This document shows, one piece after another, positions 1-13,300 of a stretch of DNA of 64,000 nt. A program made the position numbers and the translations under genes. Location: assembly GCA_964187785.1 (NCBI GenBank), contig OZ076418.1:24490001-24554000 (forward strand), read 5' to 3'. The number at the start of each line of letters is the position of its first letter. The stretch's first letter is position 1. The DNA comes from Amphiscolops sp. MND2022 (lineage: Eukaryota). The notes below the pieces were generated by a model. It was not told the origin of the DNA and made no database searches. It saw only the letters and a list, made by a program, of their open reading frames with translations.

Positions 1-647
1 CGTGAATCAGTCTGCCGAGTGAAACACTTGTTTAGAAGTTTTTCAGTTAAACGGTTCTCTTTGAAAATTCACTGTTCAAAAAGATTCGAGCAATGAATTA
101 GTTCAAATTCATTTTTTATGTTACTTTTTTGTCAAATCACTGATGTTGACAGGTGTTCATACCTTCATTAATTGAATACAACATCGCTAACTCTCAAATT
201 CAGGGTTGTGTTTGGAATTTTGATCATGTACAAAGCTGTAATTAAGAGGGATCCAGCAATCAGGAGCAATGTGGGAGGTACGATAGTAAAGTGTATAGTA
301 GCGAGGAAAATGTTTTTTTTTCACAATTCTAGACATTGCCTGGCTCAATACCAGCCACAAGAATATAGCAGAAAAAGTAATTCCCGGTCAAAGTGTCCGG
401 GGTTTATACGAAGGTATGATTTTTTGTGAATTCAGCTGTCTATTGTGCAGTAGGATCATCGATCACCTTTGGATGCGAGATACCATCTAGTAATTTTCCG
501 CCCTCATAAACATATTTGTGTATGGGGAGGAAAATCACTCTCTGTGTTGCGTGTTTTTCCAAATTCTGCCAAACCTCCACTTTTTCTCCACTTTTTACTC
601 CACTTTTTATTTAACATCCTGGTGCTCAGATGAACAGCTGACATTTG

Positions 648-965
648 CCCCAGCACGCTTCATCCTAACTTTTAACGTTATATACGAAGTAAATTGCGTT
701 TTACTAAGGAGGAAGCGGAAGATTGAATATTGCGCTATTTCCGAATTTTTGAAGTTACATCCGAACTTTATTGCGTTTAACTGAGGAGGAGGCGAAGGTT
801 CAAAATGCATTCCCATTTGTCCCAGCACGCTATATTCGAACAATTGACGTTAAAACCGATGTAAATTGTTTTTTACTGAGAAGGAAGCGGAGGATCTAAA
901 TTATTGCGCTATATCCGAATTTCGACGTTAAATCCGATGTAAAATGCTTTTTACCACGGAGGAGG
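648..965. repeat. Degenerate tandem repeat, four monomers of about 60-90 bp arranged as two ~172-bp dimers
   Basis: CCAGCACGCT recurs near 648 and 820. The motifs GCGCTAT.TCCGAATT and AGGAAGCGGA/GGAGGAGG recur in each monomer. Confidence 0.7.
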
Positions 966-1170
966 TAAATTTTTGATTAAGCGTCCATTGTTAGCCAATT
1001 GAAGGTGAAAAATATCACGGTGCATAGCGAGCTTCTTGTTAATTTTACGTTTGTGCCAAAGTGAAACCTTGGAATATCAAATGATTTTGGTTTGTCATGA
1101 AAAGTTGCAAAAATCATTGCATCGAATATGCTTTATTAAACACACGTATAGAGAATACAAAGCACGGGTA

Positions 1171-1721
1171 CCCTGGTTGGAACTGCTTGAACTTTTTACA
1201 TATTTTTGTAGGTTACCAAGCAAATTTTCCATGATTCTATAAAATTCTCAAGGAAATCTCCATGCATTAAAACTTCAATGATTCGATTTAATTTTATCAA
1301 GCTGCCTATAAGATGCATGCTAAATTTGGCGGCAATTCTGCGCCAAAACGTTTAAGAGGTTTCATTAGGACGCCGCTCAAATTTTGAAAGCAGCTGAGAC
1401 CTTCATCAATTTTACCGCACTTTTAATGCAAATAAACTTCAGTCACATTATGGGTTTCAAAGTAGCGTCATATTCAGCGTGCTATTTGACTAACGGTGAT
1501 TACATAAGGTACATACTGGAGAAACTTACGTCGGAAAAGAAAGTGATCGCAGCGGTGAAGAAGTGGAAATATTTTCAGTTTTAAATCAAATAGTGGAGGC
1601 GGCATTGTAATCCTACAAAATGGTTCCATGCAGGCTCCCGGAATTTTCCACGTTTTGTAAAAAACCTTAGACTGCATGTTTCCATGCAGCATGTAAAAAG
1701 TTCAAGCAATCTCGACTAGGG
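1171..1721. mobile_element. Family A non-autonomous TIR element (CCC...GGG termini, CMC/EnSpm-like), TSD TA
   Basis: Imperfect ~31-bp TIRs CCCTGGTTGGAACTGCTTGAACTTTTTACAT / CCCTAGTCGAGATTGCTTGAACTTTTTACAT, with TA on both sides. Homologous copies occur elsewhere in the window. Confidence 0.85.
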
Positions 1722-2610
1722 TAGTAAATTGACTGGGCCGGTCTAAAATTTCTGTGAATGGATCGAAATTAAGAATGATACGAAATAAAAAATGTAGTAT
1801 ATTGGTAATATGTTGCGACTTTTTGTGATTTACTTCTTCTAAGTTGACAATGCTGTATTATATGCAATCACGTTGAAAAAGCAGTTTATAATATATTCAA
1901 TTGAACTACTGTACCATTAAGAAGGATTACCTCATTCAGCCATTACCTTTATGCTATTGAATGAAATTGGTCTCGTAATAATCTCTGTACCAAGCAATTG
2001 TTATTGCAATACCCCGAAAGGCTTGAGATTTGCTCAAATGTTGAACGCACAAACCGAAAGTCCTTATTCATTTGCCTAAAAGTTCATCCTTGCTTTTGAA
2101 AGTGCTCGGAATCTTCTCCTATACAACTGCTTACTTTTTACGCTAGACATTTTTCTTTTTCTGTAGTAGTTGAAAACTCGTGAAAACTTGGTCATTTTTA
2201 ACAGGACTGCTACTTAACGTGAAATGAAAATTGATTTTACCTCAATCGTTCAGCTTGAGGAAAAACTTTTGTACCAAATTCTTTTCACATTTTTACTTAC
2301 GCGAGTGATAAAGCTTCATCGGAGATTTAACGGATTTGTCGGTACCCTGTAAGGATTAACTTTCATGGGGGTTTCGAGCCTTCATTTCAAAGTTACAACC
2401 TTTCCTCAGGTCTGCATTGTATTAGCACGTCCTGTACAAAACATTTTCCTGTTCAATTAGAATTTATTACTGTTTACAACTGTTTTTAACATGTGCCGGC
2501 TGGAAAATCACAAGTCGCAGGCATGAATGGAGATGGGTTAGAAGTACTTGAAAAACTTCGTGACAATTTGTGTTGACGTCCCATGCATTCCATGCATGAT
2601 CATGTAAATT

Positions 2611-3160
2611 GGTTACCAGACAAAAGCGCCCCAAACAAAAACGCCCCAGACAAAAGAACCCAAAATTCGGAGTCGAAAGTGCCCCAGTCATAAGCGCCCC
2701 AGTAAAAGACTACAGGGAAATTGTTTAATTTTTTACAGCAACTTTAAGTTCCTCGCCCTAGTTGAATAATTATCAGTTTTCATTTCAAAACAATTGAAAC
2801 TTTTAACTTTCTAATTTCGACATTTCTGAACAAATTATATCAATTTCTGAATGAAACAGTTTGTTAATGCATTAATGCATTAACAAACTGTTTCATTCAG
2901 AAATTGATATAATTTGTTCAGAAATGTCGAAATTAGAAAGTTAAAAGTTGTTTTCAATTTAAATTGATTGGGTGTGGAAATTTCAAACCTGGCATTCCCA
3001 GTGAAATATTATTTTATTAGAACACCTTCAATTAGGTTTGATAAGAGGCGGGAAATTAGCTCGAAATTTAGCGAATCATTTGGTATTGGGGCGCTTATGA
3101 CTATAAAAATCGACGCTTTAGACTGGGGCGCTTTTCTGTGGGGTGCTTTAGTCTGTAGAC
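2611..3160. mobile_element. MULE-like MITE with subrepeat TIRs (GCGCCCCAGAC-type motif), containing a perfect palindrome
   Basis: AAGCGCCCCA units at 2620-2705 are mirrored by TGGGGCGCTT at 3085-3160. Candidate 9-bp TSD ATGTAAATT (2602-2610) / GTGTAAGTT (3161-3169), 7/9 match. Confidence 0.65.
2798..2949. repeat. Perfect 152-bp palindrome, no spacer
   Basis: 76-bp arms checked base by base; centre GCATT|AATGC at 2873/2874. Confidence 0.95.
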
Positions 3161-3956
3161 GTGTAAGTTACATGCTTGCCATGCATGATCTATGAATGAA
3201 ATCGCTGTTTCTCGAAAAAAACTTTCAGTAACCATAAAATATAAAAACTTGTCAAGTTTTTGCGCCCCACATAGGAGGAAAACAACTCAAAAAATTTTTA
3301 AAGTGAAAAATTCGTTTAGAGTGCAATTCATCCCAACTTTTGGATTTCAGTTCAGTTTAGGTGTCACTACAGAAAAATCAGACAATCCGCTTGCTGGTTT
3401 ACAAGGAAATTTTTGTTCCGGATGTTATTTGTTTCATTATTTTTTCATTTTCTACGGGTTTTTCTCCACTTCTAGGTTGTGGAAGATTTAATGCAGAAAA
3501 AAAGTGCCGAGTTAGATGGACCATGCATGGACCATGGTAATACTATGGACGGAATCTTTCTTATCGGGCCAAACTGAATTGCACTTTGCACTTATGGAAC
3601 ATCTATGGACCATGCGATTCCTTGCCAAAGAACAGTATGGTCATCTCATGGTTCACGCATTGAATTCACATGGAAAGTGCTTGGACCATGCATGGAAGCA
3701 CATGGTTCGTCAACAATTTTACTTCCAATTTCAGTTCTAAAATTCAGATGCTCAAATGCCATGTAATTTGGTCAACGTGGTTCACAAATTTCGTGGATGC
3801 GTTCCGGAATTGAATTCACTTTAAATAATTCAAGGACGCTAAGTCTTTATATTTCGCTAGAAAGATTTTCAGAAGTATTTGAAAGTTTCGACTTCCTCCA
3901 TGGCTACAAATTCGTCTTAATTTGAGTTCATCAAAGGCTGTTCACAATTTCTATAG

Positions 3957-4017
3957 AAATCTCGCCATCGGATGTTTCGTAACTGGACACGTCTTTGCTG
4001 CATCCTCTGACGGTTAC
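3957..4017 (+). CDS. Possible isolated coding exon (NLAIGCFVTGHVFAASSDGY)
   Basis: Acceptor TTCACAATTTCTATAG, donor TAC|GTAATC, one open frame. Not linked to any other exon. Confidence 0.3.
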
Positions 4018-6758
4018 GTAATCAGTGCTAATGCAGTAATTTGTTACGTCATTGGATGGGTGCAGTGATGTCTAGCTGTAGCACCTTAGAATGGCGCATA
4101 AGTATACGTATTTATGTGCAGTGCTCAGATAATTTGCTTCCCTAATTTGGGACTGAAAATGCACATCGGCGAAGAAGTAAAGTGACTGACTGCAAAAATG
4201 AGCAACCGTGATTTTGGAACTCTGAATTCGGTCTCAATCGGCAGACAGACACCTCTACTGTTTTTGTTCGGCAAAAATGCTGTTTTTCATCAGCTTCTAA
4301 ACAAGAAGATAGATTTTTTTGCTTCCGTTAAGAACCGGGTAGAAATAAAACCACTTCGACTTATATTCACCACTACCGACAACATCGCTGCAGCATCGAC
4401 ATTACATTGAAAAGATGCATGCGACTTACATGTTTTGTCGATTTTTAATTTTTTCACGCATCTCGAGTCCCGCCCCGTCTCAAAGGTACCTGCTAGCACA
4501 TGTAATTCTTTTCCCTGTTGAGGAGTTTTTTGTTCCCAAACCAAGACCTGTTAGTCTCTTGCCGAGTGTCCTTGTACCCGAGTGCCTCTTTTGTAGTAGC
4601 CTCTTCCTAAGAACCCCCGTCCCCGTCCACTTTACTCTTCCCCTGTGACTGGAGGGGAGAGTAAGAACTCCTCTCGCTACCAGGCATTTCACATCTGATG
4701 ATGCGTCGAGAGTGTTAATAAAGAACCATTCATACAAATATTGGATTATTATGACCATTGGCTTCTTAACTCAATCCAATCCTATTCCCACATTCATTCG
4801 TTCATTCATTCATTCTCAGTTCACCTCCGAATCCCCCGCCCCCTTGCTGAACAATGCTCTTGCCTGTTGACTGGTCACAAAGGGTAAAATCATCGCCTGG
4901 CACTCTAGTAGGTGAATAATGGATAATGTCTTCACCCATCATCGCCTAATCCGTATACCTGTTTCAACCACTAGCTCCCCGTTTGCATTACTCATTCTTT
5001 AGTTATATGCCAATCATAAATAAATTAATAAAACTTCAAACATTAGGGAGCTACTTGCAAAATCCGTGCTGCTTCTGTTTGCAATTCTTACTTACGGATT
5101 CACCCTCTCTTTCTCGATTGCTATTGACTGTCCCTAAATTATAGAAAAAAGTTTAACAATTTATTTACCTTTTCACAATCCCGCTAGATACCTTCTGATG
5201 GATTTAGAATTCGAAACCGGGGTTAGTTTTTCAAAATATCTTCTTGTATTATCTGGATTGAAAGCAGTCTGGAAAATGGTTCCAAAATGGGTGCGTTTTG
5301 CAATGCCGATTTATTTATTCAGGCATCAAAAATTAATCATCATCAGAGCGATCAAAGAATGGTGAAATTTTAAAGTAGCCAAACAGTTGCTGAAAAGACG
5401 ATAGAAAAGTATCGCATATTTCGTCAACATTCAATATATGCTGGTCACAATCCGGCTATTTTTATTCCCAATGCATGAAATCGGATACCTCAATAATTTC
5501 ACCGAAAAAAAAGACACTTTTGTATCCCCAGCCAAACCTAAAACTTCTGCAATTATTGGGCAGCTATGTGATTACTATATGGGCTTCTCATGAGAAAAAA
5601 TATAAAAGTGGCAAACTTTTTACCTGCCTGCAACAGGATACCTGTGGTTGTCACAGGTTGCCAAATAGTCAAATTGACGCGCGAACGCCAATAACTTGTT
5701 GGCCAAAATTCCACGCCCATATTCTAGTGTTATAAAAATTCGTCTTTTGGGGCTGTTTTTTCATATTTCTAAATCTCGTTTGTTTTTCAGTGGGACAACT
5801 TTTCTGACTAACTCCGTCATTGTTGAATTGCTTAATCATTCCTAATTATTAAGCAGTTCAATCAATCGGCATACTGACGTGTTGAGATTAGTATTTTGCC
5901 ATTTTTTCGCTCTATCGCAATCCATTTTTTGGAAACTACAGAAATAAAGTTTCAGACTGTACAGTACGGACCACTTCATATAATACTTGTAATGACTTTC
6001 AAAAACGGAAAAACAGTTTTCAAAACAATTTTCGAAGCGATATTTACCGGAATGGGTAAACTGAAATAAAAATTAAAAGTAAAGTTTAATATGACGATAT
6101 AATGATGATCAATAAATGCTACAACAGAAGTTATTGGAAACGAAAATGCAAATTTTGTGGGATGAATAGAAATGCATCATAACTGCCACCCACTATTATT
6201 TACTGTACGCGAAGTTTTAGAAAACATGTACTTCGCAAAATAGTTACATGTGGTCCACAATTGAAACGAACATGCTACAACGTCATGAAGGTGCATCTAT
6301 AGACAGATGTATAGGCAACATTTTAAAAAGAAAAACCACGACTCTGAACTCTCTAGGAAAACTTCGGCAGTCAAATTCGTGTCTTAGCTGGAACAATAAG
6401 CTGACGAGTCTCTTTTCATTGTTAAAAATTACCTAATTGCAGTCAAAAAAGGTAGAGAGTGAAATTGAACTCAAGTATTTTCGTTACAGGGTATTCGTTT
6501 TTTTACTACGTTATTTACTTTCAGCCAATAAGGGAAAAGAATATTACTAACTGAAACTTTTTCCTTGAAATGTCCTAATGTAATACCCAAATTGAAGGTG
6601 TTCTTCGTAATGAATTCAACTGACATAAAAACTAGTTTCGTGCAAATGGCATTGTGTAGGTTTTTGGATTTTTTTGAATGACACAAAACGACACTAAATT
6701 ATTGAAAGAAATTGTTCCTATTTTTCCAAATTTTAATCTATGCAATTTTTGTACACTT

Positions 6759-7307
6759 CCCTAGTCGAGATTGCTTGAACTTTTTACATGCTGCATGGAA
6801 ACATGCAGGCTAATTTTTTTATGAAACATGGAAAATTCCGGGACCGTGCATGGAAACATTTTGTAGGATTACAATGCACCTTCACTATTTGAATTAAAAC
6901 TGAAAACATTTCCACTTCTTCGCCGCAGCGATCACTTTGTTTTCACGCGTAAGTTTCTCATGTAAGTACTTTATGTAATCACCGTTAGCCAAATAGCACG
7001 CTGAATATGACGCTACTTTGAAACTTATAATGTGACTGAAATTTGTTTGCATTGAAAGCGCGGTAAAATTGATTAAGGTCTCAGCTGCTTTCAAAATTAG
7101 AACGGCGTCTTTATGAAACCTGCAAAACGTCGCGGCGCAGAATTGCCGCCAAATTTAAGATGCAGTTTATAGGCAGCTTGATAAAATTAAAGCGAATCAG
7201 TGAAGATTTAATGCATGGACATTTCTTTGAGAATTTTATAAAATCATGGAAAATTAGCTTGGTAACCTCCAAAAACATGTAAAAAGTTCAAGCAGTTCCA
7301 ACCAGGG
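6759..7307. mobile_element. Family A element, opposite orientation to 1171-1721, TSD TT
   Basis: Same TIRs and internal sequence as 1171-1721; TT flanks both ends. Confidence 0.85.
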
Positions 7308-7641
7308 TTTTGAAAGATTTTCGGGGGTTTGGATATACAAAAAGACGAAAAAACTAGCCATCTCAGAATCTATTTTGGAGAACTCAGAAAAGTTTTGTTG
7401 GAAAAAAGTCAAAATGATCTCAAAGTATATAAAGATTTTAAAACGTTCCTATTTTCCGACCACTCTCTGAAAATTGTGCTATTTTTGAACATTTTTGTGC
7501 ACTAGAAAATCTAAAAACATCCAAACCGGAGCACCCAGCTATGTCGCACGCTTTTCTGAGCCGAAGCTTGAAGTTTTCCAAGCAATTTCGAAAACAATCT
7601 TGAACGTTTTGATAGATTTATAGACCCACAGGTTTTGAAAG

Positions 7642-8009
7642 GATTACCAGAAAACTCAACACAAGACAACTCAACACAGAAAACTCAACATACGAAAACT
7701 CAAAACAGAATACTCGACACACTTAGGCGTGTAACGTAATGTGAAATAATGAATTTTATGTGTATTTGAAATGAGCCGCAATGATGACCAAGTAAAAACG
7801 GAAATTATACATATTTACCAATTAGTTAGGAATTGTTTAATAAGGAAAGTAAACTCAATTGAGGTGTTAACCATAATTAAATATATGTGTTGAGTTTTTG
7901 TGTTGAGTTTTCTTATGTTGAGTTTTCTGTTTTTTTACTATGTGTCGAGTTTTCTATGTTGAGTTTTCTTGTGTTGTTGAGTTTTCAAGTGTTGAGTTTT
8001 CCGTACCCC
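7642..8009. mobile_element. MULE-like MITE with (GAAAACTCAACAC)n TIRs
   Basis: Inverted arrays at 7650-7725 and 7885-8000; 8-bp direct repeat TTTGAAAG at 7634-7641 and 8010-8017. Confidence 0.75.
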
Positions 8010-8851
8010 TTTGAAAGTTATCAAAGGTTAAACGTCGACACCGGGAGGTATCCAAGAGTAGCGAAACTTGATGCTGTTTGATCAACTAAAAAGGCATGCC
8101 TCACAAACTTTTTTCAAATATCGACAGTTTCAGGCGTTTTTACTTTTGTGTATTTATTGTTCTAGTATATGATCATCTACAATTTTCATGAAACGCGATG
8201 CTTTTTTGAAACTTTGATGCAATTTTCGTCCAAGTTTTTGGTAGTTTGGTAGGTTTTAGTACACATAGTCTTGCGAAACTAAATAGGGATTTATGTAGCA
8301 TACTCTTAAGGAATAATATATTAGTTTTAAAAGTCTCATAGATGACCCAAAAGACTTCGAAAGTTTCCATTTCTTGAAATTCTAGTTGCAACTTTTGTAC
8401 AGTTTTCGGACATTTTCGTTAGCTCCAAAATCCAGCGAATTCAACGACAACCAAAACAACTAACCAGTACATAGCCCTGTAGTTATTTTAGGCATGCATA
8501 AATAGGTTTTGATTGTTGCATACATTTAATCCGTTGTCAGTTTGCCGAAATAATATTTTAATTGTTATGCTTTCTGGAGCCTGGAAAATCTTTTCCTGAC
8601 TCCCGAAGACCTTCAATATTATAACCTTTTCGTTCTTATGAGAACTATTTTTCTCTACGGTAATTTGCTCATAGTTTAGAAAATCTGAAAACCTAATCTC
8701 TTCCCAACGACCTTCCGCTGGTGTAGACAGATTGCGGTATAAATCCTCTTTTCAGATAATATTCCTAGCTTCCAATAATCTCTTTCTCGAAATCACCTAC
8801 AAACATGATCAAAATAATTTCTATCATGCTTCAAAAAGCGTGCCAACAGTA

Positions 8852-9289
8852 CACCATTTGCAATTCAAGTTAGAGAAAAGGCACATTCAAGTGGGTGAAA
8901 AAGCACATTCAAGTGAGAACATGCCGTAAGTGACATTCAGATGAGAAATCGAACATTCAAGTGAGAGAAAACGGGAAAAGCCGTGCTCGAATTCACGTTC
9001 AATATTTTGGCAACTTCGAGAAAATCTTTATCGTTCAAAAATGCAGCGATAATTCTTCCTTTGGCAAAAACTAGGACTTTGGATGGCATGATTTGGACGA
9101 GTAGTTGTTCAGAATGAAAAAATTCGGAGAGGCTTTGAACAAGGTATGAACACTCTCACTTGAATTTCCGTTTTCTCTCACTTGAATTTTGATTTCTCAC
9201 TTGAATGTGACTTACGGCATGTTCTAACTTGAATGTGCTTTTTCACTCACTTGAATTTGCCTTTTCTCTCACTCGTATTGCAAATGGTG
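8852..9289. mobile_element. MITE with ~125-bp TIRs, CAC...GTG termini, TA TSD, CATTCAAGTGAG subrepeats
   Basis: CACCATTTGCAAT... is mirrored by ...ATTGCAAATGGTG; TA at 8850-8851 and 9290-9291. Superfamily (CMC vs Tc1/mariner) is unresolved. Confidence 0.8.
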
Positions 9290-10399
9290 TATTTCTACTT
9301 TGTGAAACTAACTCGGAAAGCCTTGAAAATTGAGATTAGGTGGTACTTCGAAAAAGGTAGGGAAAATACTGGCAAGACTTTTTGGTTGTTTGAGCTGAGT
9401 CGGCATGGTCAGTCTAATGATGATACACTACGGTACCCAAAAGTTAAAGACACTAGATTTTGCTGACGAAAACCTTCAAATCGCAAAGAAATTTTACATA
9501 ATTGATTCAAAGAGAAGTCCCACTACAAACTTTTCTCCAATTTTGATCAGAATTAACGGGGTGAATGTTGTTTTCAAATCGAAAAGGGAATTATTAAACT
9601 TGAACTCTTTTTTTTTACTCTAGGCATTTTCCGAAATTCAATAAACAAGATCTCAAAAACCACTGCACTAAAATGTTTCAGAAAACTCTGCAATTTTCGA
9701 TTCCGATGCCTAACTTTGAAATGGCTTGTTTTTGAAACACCCTCCTTGAAACCGAAAAAAGAGGTCTCGAAGTGGGATTTCTTCAATTTTGACTCTGTAA
9801 ATTTATTGTTTCGACAGAATTACAACTGTTCTTGTCACTTCATTTTTCGAGGAAGCTTTTTAGAAAGTGTTCTGTAAAAAGTTGAAGAACGATGTCACAG
9901 CTACGAAATTGGAAGCGGAAGATGTTTCTTTTTACTGTTAGTTTTTGAGATAATACGTAATAGAAATTGAAACAATCCTCAAAATTTTAAGTGATATAAC
10001 GCTTCAAATTTTTCTTCAATTTCGAAACAAAAATATTGTTGTTGATCGAAATGTGGAAAGCGAGATTTTTTACACACGCATGCCTTATAGCAAAATGCGC
10101 TTCTGAAGTTTTCGACTGATGTTTTACCTGTCTTCAGCTTTTTGATACGTAGTGTTTCCAGTTGTTTTTAGGTTTGCTGAATAGAAACTTATTCCAGAAA
10201 ACTTTTCACGTTTTTTTGTCAATTCTGAAACTGTTGATGCAACGATGTTCATTTTCTCCATGAATATTGTCAGAGTATCTGGTTTAGCATTTATTATTTC
10301 CCGCCCATATTTCATATGGGAAAGGAAAATATTTAAATAAAAAGGTTTTTTACTAAATTTGCCAAGCACCAAACTTATATTCAACTTTAAAGTGTTACG

Positions 10400-13300
10400 C
10401 ATAGAATTCAACTCACATAAATTCAGTTTTGTGCGATATGTATTTGTAGAAATTTTTGGACTTTTTAGGGACTGACGAAAATGACCCCATAATGACCCAA
10501 AATGACCCCAAAAATAACAAAAATTCAAAACTTTCTCAATTTTTATCGTTTTTATGCAACTCTTGTCAATTTTTCGATAGAAGTCGTGGACAAGAATATT
10601 GAAACGGTTCAACAAGACAAGACTTTGTTGTCCAGTAGTCGTGTATGAAGAGATAAATGCGTTTTTTTTGGAAAGAAAAAGACCCAAAAATGACAAAAAA
10701 TCAAAAATTTCCCGATTTTTAACGTTTTTATGCAATCTTTGTCAAATTTTCGGTAGACATCGTGCATTAGAATGTCGAAAATGTTCAACATGGGACTAGT
10801 TCGTTGTCCAGTAGGTTTTTCCAAGAAATAATTGCTTTTATTCAAATAAAAATAGCTCAAACTGACACCGAAAGTGACAAAAACCACAAAATTTTCCATT
10901 TTTCAAAGGTTTTACGCCTTTTCTGTCATAATTTTGACAGACGTCGTGGATTGGAATATTTTAAGGGGTCAGCAAGAAAAAAGTTGGTTGTCCAGTAGTC
11001 GTTTTGGAAGAGTTTACTGCATTTTCTTAGTAGAAAATGTCTCAAACTGACACCGAAATTGACAAAAATCCCAATTGTATCTAACTTTGAAAAACTTTAC
11101 GCATTTTTTCCAAGTTTTCATCTGACTTTGTAGATAGGAACGTTGTAAAGGGTCATTAAGGAAACAATGTGTTGTCAAGTAGGATTTTTGGAAGAGTTTT
11201 TTGCAGTTTTCTAAGTGAAATTGTCTCAAATTGACACCGAAAAAGACAAAAAACCTAAAATTTTCTAAATTTCATTCTTTTCACGCATTTTTAGTCGGCG
11301 CTTTTCGAAGAAAAACGCAGACTATAGTAGTGACTTCTTTTTTAAGACCAACGAACTGACAGATTTTATAAATTTTATAAGTTGGCTCTAACACTAAACC
11401 GGCACTAACACTAAACGGTGTCACACTACTTCACTGCCACTTGGCCACTACGGCTTTTTCGAGGTCTGACAAGTAGAAAGACATGGGTTCGAGTCCCGCC
11501 ATGACCAAAAGTTTTTTTGCAATTTTTTTTCGGCTATGTGAGACTTTTTTCGCAAATATCTCCAAAGGGTCCACCCTTCACTTTTTGTCTATCTTGCAAA
11601 AAAATGGATGTTATAAAACTCCCAAAGGGCCCCATTTTACATGTTTCGGCACTATGCGACTTACGCGTGACCAAAAAAAATTTTGAAAAATTTCAAAAAA
11701 AATTGGATTTTTTTTCAATTTTTCCTCAAACGGGTACTGTAGAAGAGAAAACTTGACACTTTGAAGTCCTTTTGTTATTTTTGAGTCTTAGATATGGCGC
11801 CGACTTGGGCCGTTCCCGGCTTGTTGTTAATGTTTCGACAGACTTCGTGGAGTGGAATGTTTTAAAAGGTCAACAATGAAAAAGTTGGTTCGTCCGTAAG
11901 AAAGATAATTGCAATGTTCTGAATGAAAATGTCTCAATTGATACCGAAAATGACAAAATTCCCAAAAGTTTCCAATTTTTAAATATTTTATGAACTTTTT
12001 CCAACTTTTTGACATTCTTAGTCAATTGGAACGTTGGAAAGGGTCAACAAGGAAGGAAGGTGGTTGTCCAGTAAGCTTTGAAAAGAGATAAATGCAGTTT
12101 TTCGAACGAAAATGATCCGGAATCGACATCGAGAAAGACAAAATTTCGAAACTTTCCACTACTTTTGTTCTTTTTTTGTAAAAATATCGATAGACCTCGT
12201 AGACTAGAGTGTTAAAATGCCTGAGCCATGGGCAGAATTGTTGATTCCGTGAGCTTCCGTTACAAGATAAGTTTAATTTGTAAAAGAAAATTGAGCCTGA
12301 ACTGTCAAAAATTCAAAGATTTGTCGTTTTTGATGCGATTTCTGTAAATTTTTCGAAAGATTTCGTTCTAAGTTCCAACGCAATCAACTCAACAACAAAA
12401 GAACGAGGTTTGCATTACATTTTTCGAAGAGAACTATGCAGTGATTTGCTTCAAAACACTACAGAATGACTCCAAAGGAGTCGAAAAAAATTCAACGTCT
12501 TCGTATTTGTGCATTTTGCGTACTTTTTGAATCATTTTCAAGTCAGAATGTCACAAAACGCTCAACAAAGAGTGAACTCATAATCTGTCAGTATTGTAAA
12601 AGAATATTTGCAGACTTGGGTTGGAAAATGGCTGAAAATTGACCGCAAAAAGTCGAAAGTTTGGAAGTTTTTGTTGATTTCTGATACTTCAAATGAATTT
12701 TCATTTGAGATTGGAAAATTTCGTTAAGTTAAAGCTTCGAAAAGCTTGAGATGATAAAACTAGGTCCGAAGCCTGTTTTCTAGAAAAATTCCTGATTCAT
12801 AGTCGAAAGTGTCCTCAGAATGAACCAAATATTGGAACAACTGGGACATTTCAAGTCTTTGTTTTTAAAAGTTTTAGATAGTTTTTTTGTTAATTTTTGA
12901 GCTGTTTCCTTGCATAGAGTGGTTTTAGCAACTCAACAGTAACTAATCTGGGTAATTCCAGTAGGCAATTTTGAAAAAATAACTGCAATTTTTCAAAACT
13001 GGCCTCAAAAACCCAAAAATCCATGAAACAACAAAGATGCACGTTGTTTGACAAACTAATGCCAATTTATGTTCAAACTAACAAAGTTTTTGAAGAATAG
13101 AACTTCCAGTGACTTGAGCGTTTAAACAATAAGGTATTCAAAACGCAATTGAAGACAAAGTGTGATGAAGTTCATCGAGTTTACAACCAAGGTGTCAAAG
13201 TTTCCGAACTTTACTTCAATCAGAAAAATCATAGGCTCAGGATTGAAACGTGTAGCTACAGGTAGTGTATCTTAAAAAAGATATCAGGCAAGCTTGTTAT

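Noticed and set aside
1384-1584. Recurrent short ORFs (MKAAETFINF..., also at 6894, 23070, 25810, 45333)
   Set aside because: Chance frames inside the non-coding family A element; the copies differ in frame and length.
4480-4758. Minus-strand ORF with repeated KR dibasic sites, resembling a neuropeptide precursor
   Set aside because: No clear signal peptide or repeated amidated peptides, and no supporting splice structure.
10124-10735. 203-aa minus-strand ORF
   Set aside because: Lies across repeat and array DNA, has AT-biased composition, and shows no domain-like motif.
11460-11515. Functional tRNA gene
   Set aside because: Only a B-box is present; no complete cloverleaf.
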